Source: Malassezia furfur
Taxonomy: Eukaryota
Assembly: GCA_052055015.1 (NCBI GenBank)
Contig: JBQJIT010000046.1
Length of the DNA: 42,039 nucleotides
Direction: 5' to 3' (one strand)
Below the pieces are notes generated by a model, which was not told where the DNA came from, did no database searches, and worked only from the letters and a program-made list of their open reading frames with translations. Of the stretch, positions 22,501 to 33,191 are shown in pieces (the stretch's first letter is position 1; the number at the start of each line of letters is the position of its first letter). The position numbers and the translations under genes are program-made.

Positions 22501-24240
22501 ATGTGGAGGGGATCGAGGTTGCCCGCGCTAATGTGCGTTGGGTGGCCCGTTCCCCTACCTTCCTACGCAATGATCCGCGAACCACCGAGGGTCGTTGCTG
22601 AGGCGTTTGTGTCCATCTTTTGGGCCATTGTGCCTCTGTCGTGGGCTTATACGGCGGCATACGCGCTGCCACGCCTGCTGGGTGCCGCGTCGTGCGCCGA
22701 GGGTTGGGGTCACATCGTGCACGCGACGCTGCCACCGCGCGTGCAAACGGTGCTGGGCGGCGCCGCCCACGCACTGAACTCGCGCGTGGTGTTTTTGTAT
22801 GCGGTGGTCGAGGTGCTCTTTTCGATGTATTACCAGTACCTCTTGTTCAGTGTGCAGCCGCCCGCCCCGCCGCGCACGGCGACGCGCGAGTACGTCGTCA
22901 AGGCGGTCATGTCCGCGTTCCAGGACGGCCTTGTTGGGGATGAGCTCGAGAAGTTTCTGTCCTATGACAAAGAAGCGGGCCCTGAGGTGTTGCCGCGCGC
23001 CGTGCAGAAGCTGGCGTACGACGACCCTCGCGCCCAGGCATTCCGCAAAGAGATGACGGGGTGGTTCATCGGGCTGCGCCCCGAGCAGGTTACCGAGCAC
23101 GACCTTTGCGAATGGCTGAGCTGGGCGCTTTTTGGCCAGTTCTACGAGGAGGTGCGCGATGACGACATGCCAGACTCGGAGGACGCCTCTGCATCGAGCC
23201 GGGGCCGTGCGCAGCGCCGGCTCGAGCTTCTGCATGACGCAGTGCGCCTGTTTGCGGCGCGGTGCGGGATCGACCGCTTCCCCGAGCACGTTGAGCTGAC
23301 ACCCGAGGAGCAGCGCTCCAAGCGCACCATGCTCTTGTCGCTCGACCCTGTGCGTGCGAGCGCGCGGCCGCTCACGCTGTACCTGATCACTTGGTCGCTG
23401 AGCGAATTCGCACAGTTCGTGTGGTGGTGGAAGTACGGCTTTGAGCTGCGCCAGATGGGCTCGATGCAGTACCTCGTGCACATGCCGCCTGGCTGGAGCG
23501 CGGACGCGGCGGCACGCGGCGAGATGGCTCTCCCCCTGCTCTTCCTGCACGGCCTTGGCGTGGGTGTGGGCCAGTACTACCAGGCGGTGCGCGCGCTGAT
23601 GGACCCGGCGCTGTCGCCGCGCCCGCGCCCCGTGGTGATCCCGCTGCAGCCGTGGTCGTCGTATGGCCTGTTTTCGCCGCGCTTCCTGCGCCCGTGGCAC
23701 AAGGAGGAGTGCGTGTGGATGGTGCAGGGTGTCATGCAGCGCCATGGCCTCGACGCATGCGGCCTCGTGGTGCTGTCGCACAGCATGGGCACGATCTCGC
23801 ACTCGTGGCTGCTCAAGGAGATGCCCGAGGCGCTGAAGCGCAACGTGTTTGTGGACCCCGTGTGCTTCCAGCTGTGGGCGCCGCAGATTTGCTACCGCTT
23901 CCTGTACAAAAAGGCGGTGACGTTTGTGGAGTACGTGCTGCGCTACTTTGTCGCGCGCGAGGTCGCGACTGCCAACGTGCTCATGCGCCACTTTGACTGG
24001 GCGGCCAACACGCTGCTGCTCGAGCACCTGCCGCACCGCGCGGATCCCAATCGCACGCGCATCTACCTCGCAGGCGCCGACACCGTCGTCGATGCGCCGG
24101 CACTCGCGCACTTCTTTGAGCGGCACGGCCTGGCGCCCGTGGTGGTGTACCGCCCGGGTGTGCACCACGGCGCATTTGTGCTTGGGCCGCGCACGAGCCT
24201 CGCGCAGATCGTGCCAGAACTGGATGCGCCGCTGTCGTAG
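22501..24240 (+). CDS. Membrane-anchored alpha/beta-hydrolase-fold protein of unknown substrate
   Basis: Intronless. N-terminal hydrophobic segments, LLFLHGLGVG oxyanion loop, SHSMGT nucleophile elbow, FVDPVCF, and candidate Asp/His in LAGADTVVD and VHHG. The start may instead be the ATG at 22570. Confidence 0.78.
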   Translation: MWRGSRLPALMCVGWPVPLPSYAMIREPPRVVAEAFVSIFWAIVPLSWAYTAAYALPRLLGAASCAEGWGHIVHATLPPRVQTVLGGAAHALNSRVVFLYAVVEVLFSMYYQYLLFSVQPPAPPRTATREYVVKAVMSAFQDGLVGDELEKFLSYDKEAGPEVLPRAVQKLAYDDPRAQAFRKEMTGWFIGLRPEQVTEHDLCEWLSWALFGQFYEEVRDDDMPDSEDASASSRGRAQRRLELLHDAVRLFAARCGIDRFPEHVELTPEEQRSKRTMLLSLDPVRASARPLTLYLITWSLSEFAQFVWWWKYGFELRQMGSMQYLVHMPPGWSADAAARGEMALPLLFLHGLGVGVGQYYQAVRALMDPALSPRPRPVVIPLQPWSSYGLFSPRFLRPWHKEECVWMVQGVMQRHGLDACGLVVLSHSMGTISHSWLLKEMPEALKRNVFVDPVCFQLWAPQICYRFLYKKAVTFVEYVLRYFVAREVATANVLMRHFDWAANTLLLEHLPHRADPNRTRIYLAGADTVVDAPALAHFFERHGLAPVVVYRPGVHHGAFVLGPRTSLAQIVPELDAPLS

Positions 24241-24251
24241 CCTTATGTACC

Positions 24252-27200
24252 CTACCAACAGTACACCAGCGTGCACCGGTTGAACAGCGCGGGCGACGCC
24301 GTGGCCTTGGCGCCGACACCGCCGCGCGGGGGGTGCATCGTGAGCACCACATGCAGGTTCGCGAGCACCTGCGCACGGAAGAAGGCGAGCAGCTCATCTT
24401 CGGCCGCGAGCATGAGCCCCTCGCGCTGCGCCGCCTCGCGCAGCGCCGAAAGCAGCGCCGTGTGGTCCTCGCCTTCGAACAGCCCGGGCACGTCGGCATT
24501 GGCCAGGAGCGTGTTGAGCCGCTCGAGGCGCGCGGGGTGGGCGACCTGCGACTCGTCCATCGTCCAGCACACGCGCTCGCCGCGCACGCCGACGCGGCGC
24601 AGCAAGCGGCGCAGATCCTCGTCGAAGTCGGCGTCGCGGTACGCACGCGCCGTCGGCACGCTGTACAGCGTCAGGCCGCGCAGCCATGCACAGAACTGCG
24701 CCACGCTCGTGCGCCCCGAGCCGCTCACGCCGATCAGCAGCAGGTGCCCACCGTGTTGCTGCAGCACACGGTCGCATCCCAGCGCCAGGTCGAGCACCGC
24801 GTCGTGCAGCACAAGGTCCGTGTCGAGCTCCTCTTCCGAATAGCCGCGCAGGCGCGCAGACGCATACTCGCGCAGCGGTGCACGCGCCACACTGCGCACC
24901 TCTTTCGAGAGCCAGTCGGAGTACAGGATGGGGCGCTGCAGCGCGGCGCCCACATCCAGCGCAGGGAAGGCCGCCGCCGCCGCCTCGTCCAGTGCCGCGT
25001 CCGTCCAGCGCCGCTCGTCGTCGGCAACGAGGCGGTCCTGGAAGAGACGCAGGCCCTCGTACGCCCACACACGCACGAGCTCGGCGAGCGTCGTGAGCTC
25101 AGCGCGGCCCACGACGCGGTGGATGCCGCGCACCCACCGCGTGAGCTCGCGGGGTGAGTAGATGTAGTGCGCCTGCTGCTCGGGCGTAAAGCGCTGCTGT
25201 GACGCGGCAAAGAAGTCGACCATCGCGGTGGTGAGCGCCTCGGCGTAGCCCACGAGGCTCGGTGCGGCGCGCAGCGTCGCCCGCACGAGCGTGTGGTAGA
25301 TCTGGTGCAGCGACGGGCGCGAGGGGTAGTCGACCATGAGCACGGGCGCATGCCGCAGGAAGCGCGCGCTCAGCGGCGTGCGCCCCGGGTCCGTCGGCGG
25401 GTTGCACGCACCGACAAACTGTACGCACTCGAGACGCACCCAAGTGTGCGCCCGCCAGAAACCGCGCTGCTCGACGAGCTGCCGCAAAAAGGCAATCACG
25501 CGCTGCGTCGCATACGCATCCGGCGCAGGCAGGTTTATCTCGTCGCAGAACACCACGAGCGTGCGCCCCAGCTGGCTCGGCACGAGGCGCGTGCCGCTCG
25601 GCGTCTTTTCGTAGGTGCAGTGCTCCTCGAGCAGCGTCAGGAGCGCCGTCGGCGTCGTCTGGCTGCTCAGGTTCAGCCCGGCCAGCACGACGTCGGGCAT
25701 GCGCCGCAGCGTCGCGTAGAGCACCATCGTCTTGCCGCTCCCCGGCGGGCCACACAGCACCACGGGGCGCTCGTCTAGCAAGAAGGCGTGCACCAGCTCC
25801 TCCTGGCGCACGGTATCGAGCGTGGGGATGACGGCGTCGGCGCGTGCCACCGCACTCGTCTCGACCTCGACGCCGACGACCTGGTCGGACCACGGCACAA
25901 AGCGCGCGTCGGGCGCCGCCTCGACATAGTAATCGAGCAGCTCGCCGGGCGGCACACTGAGTGGCGCCGCCCCCGGGTGCGCACGGACCGCCTCGCCGAC
26001 CGCCGCGCGCACCGCCAACGGTGCGTCGCCCGCGCACGCCCACACAAGCGCGATGCACAGTGCGCGCTGCATGTACATCGCCACCTGCTCGTGTGTGAGG
26101 GGGAAGTCGATGTGGCGCGCGTTGTACGCGAGCACATGCCGCGCCGCGCGGCGGAGCAGCGCAAACAGCGTCGCGACGCACCGCGCGGCGTCGAGCGGCA
26201 TGATGTGTGCGTGTGCGCCCGCGGCCTCCCACACGGTCTCGACGAGCGCGCCGGGCGCACAGTGCGGCGTGAGTGCCTCGACGCTCCACGCGCGCACGCG
26301 GTCGGTCGCCGCCTCGGCGCTCGCGAGCGACACAAACTCGTCTTCGGCATGGAGCGGCGCGGCGCGCAGCTCGGCAAGGGCATGCGCGAGGCGCGCGTGC
26401 AGCGGCACAAGGTCGCCATCGAACGCAACCATGCCGCACCGCGTGATGGTCGCGAGCGTGGCGTGCGCCACGTTCTCGACCTCGAACAGGAAGCGCACGT
26501 GCTCCGGCACCGCAAGGCGCTCGCCGGTGGGCAGGGTGAGGACGCGGTTGTCGTCGAGCACACTGTTTAGGTTCTCGACCCACTCGGGGTCGATGTCGCC
26601 GTCCAGCACGATCCAATGCCGCTGCTCGCTCTCGCGCCGTGCGTTTTCAAGAATGCGCCGCAGAAGCAGCGTCAGCAGCCCGTCGGTCCACTCGCGCGTC
26701 GTGGGGTCGAGCGTGCCGTACAGGTGCTCCTTGCTCCACACCTTGGGCTCCACGACGTGCACGGCGTGCGTCGTGCCCTCGGCACGCTCGAGCGCCGCAA
26801 GCAGCATGCGCCACGCACACGTCTTCCCGCTCGCTGCGGGGCCGACGAGCAGAACACCTTGTGCGACCTGTTGCATCTGGTACAGCTGGAGCACCTTGTC
26901 GGCCCACGCGCCCTGGGCGAGGTGCGCCGCATCACACACCGCCGAGAGCGCCGTACGCAGCGCCTCAAGCGGCGCCGAGGCGTGCTGCACGCCGGGGAAG
27001 ACGTCGCGCACGAGTGCCTGCAGCGCGGCGACGTCGTCCGCAGCGAGCTTCGGCGGGACGATCTCCTCGACGCTCTGCACGAGGATCGCCTGCTCGGCCG
27101 CGAGGCGGTCGCCACTGTCGAGCGTGTGCGAGCGCCGCAGTGTGGCGGCGCGCCGAAGCACCGACTTGAGCGCACGCAGCCCAAAGTCGTAGTGGTCGCC

Positions 27201-30200
27201 GCCGCGGATCTGCTCGGCGCACATGTCGAAGAGCAGCACCATCTTGGATGCGAGTGCCTCGGCGTGCTGGAAACCGTGCACGAGCAGCAAAATGTGCACG
27301 ATGCGCGCCAGGTCCGGCGCAGCCATCGCAACGCTGCGAAACAGCTGCTTGAGGTTGTCGGGCAGGTGCGAGCGACCGGCGTACGTGGGGTTCATCGTCA
27401 CAAAGATGCCCGTGTGCGCGTGCACAGGCGTCGACACACCCGCAAGCTCGGCGGTGTGCGTCGGCGCCGCGAGGCCCTGCTGGATCGCCTGGATCTGCTG
27501 CGAGACGCTCGACAAGACGTGCTCGTCCAGCCGGTTGAACTCGTCAAAGCAGCCCCATGCACCCACGCGGCACAGACCAGCGAGAATGCGCGCCATAGCG
27601 GGGCCATCGAACTGGCTGTCGCAGTTGAACACGAACACGAGGCGCCCGAGCTCGTGGGCGAGCGCCTTGACCGTCTCTGTCTTGCCCGTGCCCGCGGGGC
27701 CGAACGGCGCTCCACCACACCGCGCGTGCAGCGCCTGCGTCAGCGCCGTGTAGCACGCGGTGGTCAGCGGCGTGGACACGAGCCGCTCGCTGGCATCAAG
27801 CAGCTCAAAGCCGTACGCAAACACGGTGTTGGCCATGCGCACTTCGACGTCGCCCGACGCAGCGAGGTAGTGCCGCAGCTCGTACTGCCACGCGAACGAC
27901 GCGGCATGTGCATCTGCAGCACACAGCCGCGCGACCACATCGCGTTGGTGCGTGCACAGCGTGAGCAGCTGTTCGCATGCGCGACGCAGCGGCGCATCGA
28001 CCTGCGTCACCTGATCCGCCAGCGCCGCAATGCGCGCGTCGAGGCGCGCGGCGACATCGCTGAGTGCCCCCATGCCTTCGAGCGCCGCCTCGACGTCGCG
28101 CGCCCACACCACCTGCGACGCCAGCACCGCGATCTGTGGGACGTGCGCTGTGAGCCACGGCACGAGCTCGGCGTCCTGGAACGCCTCGACGGCCGTGCGC
28201 AGGCGCGCACGCAGCGTCGCCGCGATGCTCTGCTCGAGCGCCGCGAGCCACTCGTGAAGCGCACGGTGCTGCGCAAGCACGACGGGTGCATCGAGCGCGA
28301 GTGCGTCGCCGCTGCGCGTATACACGTGGCGAACAACGCCGGCGTCGTTGTCGATGCGGCCGATGCCCGCAAACAGCTTGGACAGATGCGGCGCAATGCG
28401 CGCAATGTCCTGCCGGTTACCGAGCATCTCCAGCAGGTCCTCATCGCCCACAAAGAAGAAGCGCGGGAAGCGTACGCGCTCGCGCTCGAGGTACTCGCCG
28501 AGCGCCGTCTGGATCTTGTGGAGGAGCTCGGCGAGGCGTTCGAGCGCCGCCTCGAGGCCGGGCTGCTGCACGACCTCGAGCACGTAGGGTGCCTTTTGCA
28601 CGCGCCGCAGGATCGCGAGGAACTCGGAGGTGATGCTCTGGAAGCGGTTGGTTTCCATTGGGAGCATGTGCTTCATCTCAGGGCTCGACGTGAAGATGCC
28701 GTTGAGGTAGACAAACTGGCGCTGCACCTGTGCCCACAGTTCGAATGTCGTCTGCACGCGCGCGACGCGCTCCTCCCAGCGCCGTGCCTCCTCCTCAAAG
28801 ATGCGGTAGTGCGGGCTCGCGCTCATGGCGCGCAGGCCGTTGGCGTGCTCGGTGGCGAGCTGGAAGAGCGCGTCAAAGCCACGCACCAACATGCACTCGT
28901 TGCGGTAGTTGACCAGATCGAGCGCATAGCCCGTCCACGCCTCGCGCACCTGCTGCAAGTAGACGTCCAGCGCATACTCGCCCTGTGCCTCGGCGATGAG
29001 CGTGCGCAGCAGGGGGAGGTTGGCGTGCCAGTCCAGATCCCACACCTGGCCAAGCGTCTGCGAGGAGGGCAGGTAGCGCTTCCCGAGGCGCTTGTACAGT
29101 GCGCGCCAGTGGCGCTCCTGGAACGCGTCGGCACGCAGGTCCTGCAGCACTGGCACGTGTTTCGTGAGGAAGAGCAGCTCGTCGTGCACATGCTCGTACG
29201 CGGCGTACTGCCGCATGCGACTCGGCAGCGCGCGTGCCGTGCGCTGGAGCGCCTCGAGGCGCTGGCGCACGCTGCGCACCTGCACGGCGGCCCATGGCGT
29301 TGCACGCACTTCGTCGAGCTGCGCCCAGATCTCGGCGAGCGCGCCCCACACGGACTGCAGCTCGTCGAGCTCCTCGGCGACGACGCCGAGCGCCTGGTCC
29401 GTGCGCGTCGGCAGGCCGAACGCCTCGAGCGCGAGTGTCGTCTGTGATCGCGCGCGCTGCACGTCAGCGAGGCGCGCCGCGAAGGACGCGAGCGCCTGCT
29501 GCGCCGCATGCACCGAGATGGCCGCCTGCACGGGCCGCTCCTCAATCCATGCGGCCGCGAGCTCCTCGGCGCGTGTGGCCACAGCACGGTCCTCGGCGGC
29601 GATCTGCGCGTGGATCGACTCGTGCTCGGCGTCGATCAGTGCGCGCTTCGCCGCGAGCAGCTGCTCAAGCGCGGTGTGCTCGCCCGCGACGTGCTCGGCA
29701 TACAGCCACTCGGCCGGACGCACACGCCGGCGCTGCAGCGCGTCTTGGCCCGCGCCGTACACGTCGAGCACACTGCGCACGTGCTGCGCCTCCTGTGCGA
29801 GGCGCTGCACGAGCGTGATGAGCGCGACGACCTGTGCGGTCGATGCGCCCGCAATCTGCATCGGCTCGAGCTGGGCGCGGCCCTCGACGAGCGCCGTGTG
29901 CGACGCCCGCATCGCATGCGCCAGCACACCGGCATAATGCGCAAACAGCGCCTCTTCCCAGCTGTCGAGCTTCTGCACGAGCCGCGCCTGCACGGGCTCG
30001 GGGTCCACCTCGAGAAAGGCAAACACGCGGCGTGGTGCGCGCGCCTCGATGCGCGCGCGTGTGTGCCGCAGGTGCTGCACAAATGCGTGCCAGGCATGCA
30101 GATCCGCGCCGAGCTGCGCCGCGACCGCCTCGGGCTCGACGTCCCAGAGGAACTGCAGTGCAAGCCATGTCTGTGCATACGCTGCGGCAGCCTCGAGGCG

Positions 30201-33149
30201 CGACTCGAGGCGGTCGAGCGGCGCGGTGAGCACGTCGCTCGGGAGCGCATCGAGCACCGCCTGGTAGGTGCCCGTGCCCGTCTGGTCGAGATGCAGTGCA
30301 TACCGCGTCGCATGCACGCGCGGCAGGTGCAGCACTACCGCGAGTGTCTCGCGGATCGCGCCAAATCCGTGCGCGCGCGCATACTCCAACGACGGCTCGA
30401 CCGTGAGCACGGCGTTGACGAGGCGCACACTCAGCACCACGGCCGCGCGCTCGCTGCGTGTCGCGAAACTCGCCGCAAGGCGGCGCAGCTCGGCGACGGC
30501 ACGCTGCTGCAGCACGCGCTCGATACGCGTGTCGAGTGCCGCGACGTATTGTGCGAGGTTTGGGTACGCCTTGAGGCTGAGCGCGTCCACATCCTCTTGC
30601 AGCTGCGCGAGGTGTGCGCCGAGCGCCGTAGCGTCGTATGCGCACGAGCCCATCGCGTCGAGCACCTGATCGGTGTGCGCCGAGACCTGCGCAACGTGCT
30701 GTGTCTGCTCCTCGAACGCGATGCACGCGGCCGCGAGTCTCTCGACGAGCGTCACCTGGGCATTCTCACGAAGCGCCTCGGCATTCGCACTGGTGTACAC
30801 GCTGCTGTAGCTGTCCAGGAAGCGCTCCCAGCGCCCGTTGACCGCCTGCGACAACAGTGCATGGACCTCGTTCTCGGCGTGCGCCAGCAGCGGCGCAAAC
30901 GCCGGCTCGATCCGAGCGCGCGTCTTGTCAAGCGTGCGCAGAGAGTGCACAATGGACAGCGCAAAGGGGTAGATGCGCCGTGCGTCCAGTGCCGCGCTCA
31001 CGAGCGCCTGGGGGATCGACACGCCCAGCATCGTGAGCGCGTGCGCCTCGTCGGCAAACGCAAACGCCTGCGCGTCGTAGTTGGCCACAAGCCGCAACGT
31101 GCCCGTGCTGCGGTCCTGCACAACACGCAGCAGCGCACCGGTGACGTGTGTGCCGCGCCGCGCCACGTCCTGCGACCAGGCGGCAAGCAACGGTCGCGTG
31201 TCGAGCTTGCGCGCAAACGTTGTGCTCTCGGCATGGATGCGCTGGCCGTCCGCATAGTGCTCCCAGCCTGCGCCGAGCACGTCGTGCACACGCTGCAGAT
31301 ATACCTGCAGCTGGCGCTCGATCTCGTTCGCCCACACCACCGCGCCGACAATCTCGGGCTGGTGCCGCAGCTGTGCCGCGAGGTGCGCGTCCGAGTTGCG
31401 GAAGCCGGCTCGGAACTTGGCGTGAAGCGCGTCAATGTCGCTCTGCACGCTGTGCAGTAGCACCTGCTGGTACTCTTGCACGGCCGCACGCACCTTGGGG
31501 CGCACAAACAGCCGGTTGCACTGCGCCAGGATGCGCAGCTGCTCGCGCGCCGACTGTGCGCCATCGAGGAGAGTGCGCAGCTTGTCCACGAGCAGGCTCT
31601 CGACGTGGGCAATCTGTGTATTGTACCGCGTCTCGGCCTGCGCGAGGATTTCAGTGCCTTTCTCGGAGACGTCCAGCGCGTCGATCGCGAGCATCGGGTC
31701 GAGCGCCGCCCGCAGCTCGGCGAGCAGCGGCGTCGGAACCGACGACCACGACCGGCTCACGTCGACCATCTCGACGAGCTCTTGGTGTGCGGCACGGAAG
31801 CGCTGCAGGTACTCGATGCGCGCACGCAACGCGGCATGCACGGGCGCGACCTTGATGGGAATATACTTCTCCGCACGCTTGCGCGTCAAGTCGCGCGCGA
31901 CATACACAAACTCCTTCACATGCTCGTCCCACTCACCCAGCACCTGGAGCGCCTCGTGGAAGACGGCAGCACACGCGTCGTACGGGAGCTGCATCGGCGC
32001 AAGCGACGTGAGCATGCGCAGCAGGACCTCGTTCGCCTCGCGCCCGATCGCCTCGACAAACGCGAGCGCGCGCGACACAGGATACGTGCTCACACGCAGC
32101 TTCTTGCTGAGCACACTAAAGATGGCACGCAGCGCATCGCTGCACGCCGGCAGGGTCGTTGCGGCGAGCAGGTCGGGCAACGGAAAGTCACGCATCAGTA
32201 CATTGTAGCTGCGCACGCGCTCGAGCGAGTCCTTGATGCCAGTGTCGGTGTGGAAGGAGACCGTCGCATGGAAGCGCTTGGCGTTCGTCAGCACCTCGAG
32301 CGTGAGCGTGATGCCGGGCGCGTGCAGCTGCTGCTCGAGCCCCTCGAGCGCGTGCTCCATAGCGTTCCAGAAGTGAATCTCTTGCATTGCTGTGCCACTC
32401 GCCGCATCGCGGTCGAGTTTGGTGATCTTTTGCACGGCACGCACCCAGCCATTCATCTCGGCGTGCAGCTCATTGACAAATTGGTCGTCATGCAGTAGGC
32501 GCGGCGGGTCGATCGCGGATGCCGACACGGGGATGTGCTGCTCTTCGCACGCCTCAACAGCTGCACGGATCGTGGGGTGCACGGCGAGCACCACTTGCGG
32601 GATCTCGACGCTCTGCTGCAGGTGCCGCAGGCTGAGCTCGAGCTCGGCAAACTTGCGCTTCACGAGCGGGATCTCGTCCTCTTTGGTGCGCTTCTCGTCG
32701 TCTGTGCGGTCGTGCGTCGCATACGCATCAAACCACGGCGCCATGACGCTGTGCACGACCGACTCGAGCGCCTCGTACGGCGTCTCGAGCAGGGCGGCGC
32801 CGGCCGACGCGTCGTCCGCCGCTGCGCTGCCGAGCAGCGTCACGACGCGCAACTGCTGCGCAAGTGGCGCATGGGTATCGATATGGGTGCGCCGCTTGAT
32901 CAGCGCAATGCTCGAGACGTGCTCGGGCGGCGCGTACGTCGGGCGCCGCGCCAGCGCATACGTCCAAGTGTTGTTCTTGTCGGCGCACTGGTCGACGAAC
33001 ACGACGGGCACCTGCGCGTCCGAGACAAACGCCTGCTCGACCTCGTCCCATTCTTCATCGGCATATGCGTTGGACAGCGTGCCCTGCACACCGAGCACCG
33101 TCGGCAGCAGCGCCGCGATGTACGCGTGCAGCGCACTGTCCCCCGCCAT
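24252..33149 (-). CDS. dyn1: Cytoplasmic dynein heavy chain, N-terminal part (tail, linker, AAA1-AAA3, AAA4 large subdomain), 2965 aa
   Basis: Intronless. FPRFFFVGDEDLLEMLG; AAA1 GPAGTGKT and WGCFDEFNRL; AAA2 GPAASGKT and DGDIDPEWVENLNSVLDDN; AAA3 GPPGSGKT and FCDEINLP; AAA4 GVSGSGRT. Ends at SPALFNRCTLVYCW* with no stalk, AAA5 or AAA6. Confidence 0.95.
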   Translation of the reverse strand: MAGDSALHAYIAALLPTVLGVQGTLSNAYADEEWDEVEQAFVSDAQVPVVFVDQCADKNNTWTYALARRPTYAPPEHVSSIALIKRRTHIDTHAPLAQQLRVVTLLGSAAADDASAGAALLETPYEALESVVHSVMAPWFDAYATHDRTDDEKRTKEDEIPLVKRKFAELELSLRHLQQSVEIPQVVLAVHPTIRAAVEACEEQHIPVSASAIDPPRLLHDDQFVNELHAEMNGWVRAVQKITKLDRDAASGTAMQEIHFWNAMEHALEGLEQQLHAPGITLTLEVLTNAKRFHATVSFHTDTGIKDSLERVRSYNVLMRDFPLPDLLAATTLPACSDALRAIFSVLSKKLRVSTYPVSRALAFVEAIGREANEVLLRMLTSLAPMQLPYDACAAVFHEALQVLGEWDEHVKEFVYVARDLTRKRAEKYIPIKVAPVHAALRARIEYLQRFRAAHQELVEMVDVSRSWSSVPTPLLAELRAALDPMLAIDALDVSEKGTEILAQAETRYNTQIAHVESLLVDKLRTLLDGAQSAREQLRILAQCNRLFVRPKVRAAVQEYQQVLLHSVQSDIDALHAKFRAGFRNSDAHLAAQLRHQPEIVGAVVWANEIERQLQVYLQRVHDVLGAGWEHYADGQRIHAESTTFARKLDTRPLLAAWSQDVARRGTHVTGALLRVVQDRSTGTLRLVANYDAQAFAFADEAHALTMLGVSIPQALVSAALDARRIYPFALSIVHSLRTLDKTRARIEPAFAPLLAHAENEVHALLSQAVNGRWERFLDSYSSVYTSANAEALRENAQVTLVERLAAACIAFEEQTQHVAQVSAHTDQVLDAMGSCAYDATALGAHLAQLQEDVDALSLKAYPNLAQYVAALDTRIERVLQQRAVAELRRLAASFATRSERAAVVLSVRLVNAVLTVEPSLEYARAHGFGAIRETLAVVLHLPRVHATRYALHLDQTGTGTYQAVLDALPSDVLTAPLDRLESRLEAAAAYAQTWLALQFLWDVEPEAVAAQLGADLHAWHAFVQHLRHTRARIEARAPRRVFAFLEVDPEPVQARLVQKLDSWEEALFAHYAGVLAHAMRASHTALVEGRAQLEPMQIAGASTAQVVALITLVQRLAQEAQHVRSVLDVYGAGQDALQRRRVRPAEWLYAEHVAGEHTALEQLLAAKRALIDAEHESIHAQIAAEDRAVATRAEELAAAWIEERPVQAAISVHAAQQALASFAARLADVQRARSQTTLALEAFGLPTRTDQALGVVAEELDELQSVWGALAEIWAQLDEVRATPWAAVQVRSVRQRLEALQRTARALPSRMRQYAAYEHVHDELLFLTKHVPVLQDLRADAFQERHWRALYKRLGKRYLPSSQTLGQVWDLDWHANLPLLRTLIAEAQGEYALDVYLQQVREAWTGYALDLVNYRNECMLVRGFDALFQLATEHANGLRAMSASPHYRIFEEEARRWEERVARVQTTFELWAQVQRQFVYLNGIFTSSPEMKHMLPMETNRFQSITSEFLAILRRVQKAPYVLEVVQQPGLEAALERLAELLHKIQTALGEYLERERVRFPRFFFVGDEDLLEMLGNRQDIARIAPHLSKLFAGIGRIDNDAGVVRHVYTRSGDALALDAPVVLAQHRALHEWLAALEQSIAATLRARLRTAVEAFQDAELVPWLTAHVPQIAVLASQVVWARDVEAALEGMGALSDVAARLDARIAALADQVTQVDAPLRRACEQLLTLCTHQRDVVARLCAADAHAASFAWQYELRHYLAASGDVEVRMANTVFAYGFELLDASERLVSTPLTTACYTALTQALHARCGGAPFGPAGTGKTETVKALAHELGRLVFVFNCDSQFDGPAMARILAGLCRVGAWGCFDEFNRLDEHVLSSVSQQIQAIQQGLAAPTHTAELAGVSTPVHAHTGIFVTMNPTYAGRSHLPDNLKQLFRSVAMAAPDLARIVHILLLVHGFQHAEALASKMVLLFDMCAEQIRGGDHYDFGLRALKSVLRRAATLRRSHTLDSGDRLAAEQAILVQSVEEIVPPKLAADDVAALQALVRDVFPGVQHASAPLEALRTALSAVCDAAHLAQGAWADKVLQLYQMQQVAQGVLLVGPAASGKTCAWRMLLAALERAEGTTHAVHVVEPKVWSKEHLYGTLDPTTREWTDGLLTLLLRRILENARRESEQRHWIVLDGDIDPEWVENLNSVLDDNRVLTLPTGERLAVPEHVRFLFEVENVAHATLATITRCGMVAFDGDLVPLHARLAHALAELRAAPLHAEDEFVSLASAEAATDRVRAWSVEALTPHCAPGALVETVWEAAGAHAHIMPLDAARCVATLFALLRRAARHVLAYNARHIDFPLTHEQVAMYMQRALCIALVWACAGDAPLAVRAAVGEAVRAHPGAAPLSVPPGELLDYYVEAAPDARFVPWSDQVVGVEVETSAVARADAVIPTLDTVRQEELVHAFLLDERPVVLCGPPGSGKTMVLYATLRRMPDVVLAGLNLSSQTTPTALLTLLEEHCTYEKTPSGTRLVPSQLGRTLVVFCDEINLPAPDAYATQRVIAFLRQLVEQRGFWRAHTWVRLECVQFVGACNPPTDPGRTPLSARFLRHAPVLMVDYPSRPSLHQIYHTLVRATLRAAPSLVGYAEALTTAMVDFFAASQQRFTPEQQAHYIYSPRELTRWVRGIHRVVGRAELTTLAELVRVWAYEGLRLFQDRLVADDERRWTDAALDEAAAAAFPALDVGAALQRPILYSDWLSKEVRSVARAPLREYASARLRGYSEEELDTDLVLHDAVLDLALGCDRVLQQHGGHLLLIGVSGSGRTSVAQFCAWLRGLTLYSVPTARAYRDADFDEDLRRLLRRVGVRGERVCWTMDESQVAHPARLERLNTLLANADVPGLFEGEDHTALLSALREAAQREGLMLAAEDELLAFFRAQVLANLHVVLTMHPPRGGVGAKATASPALFNRCTLVYCW

Positions 33150-33191
33150 GCTGGACGCGGTGGTAAATCTGCAATTTCGCTACGGACCTAG

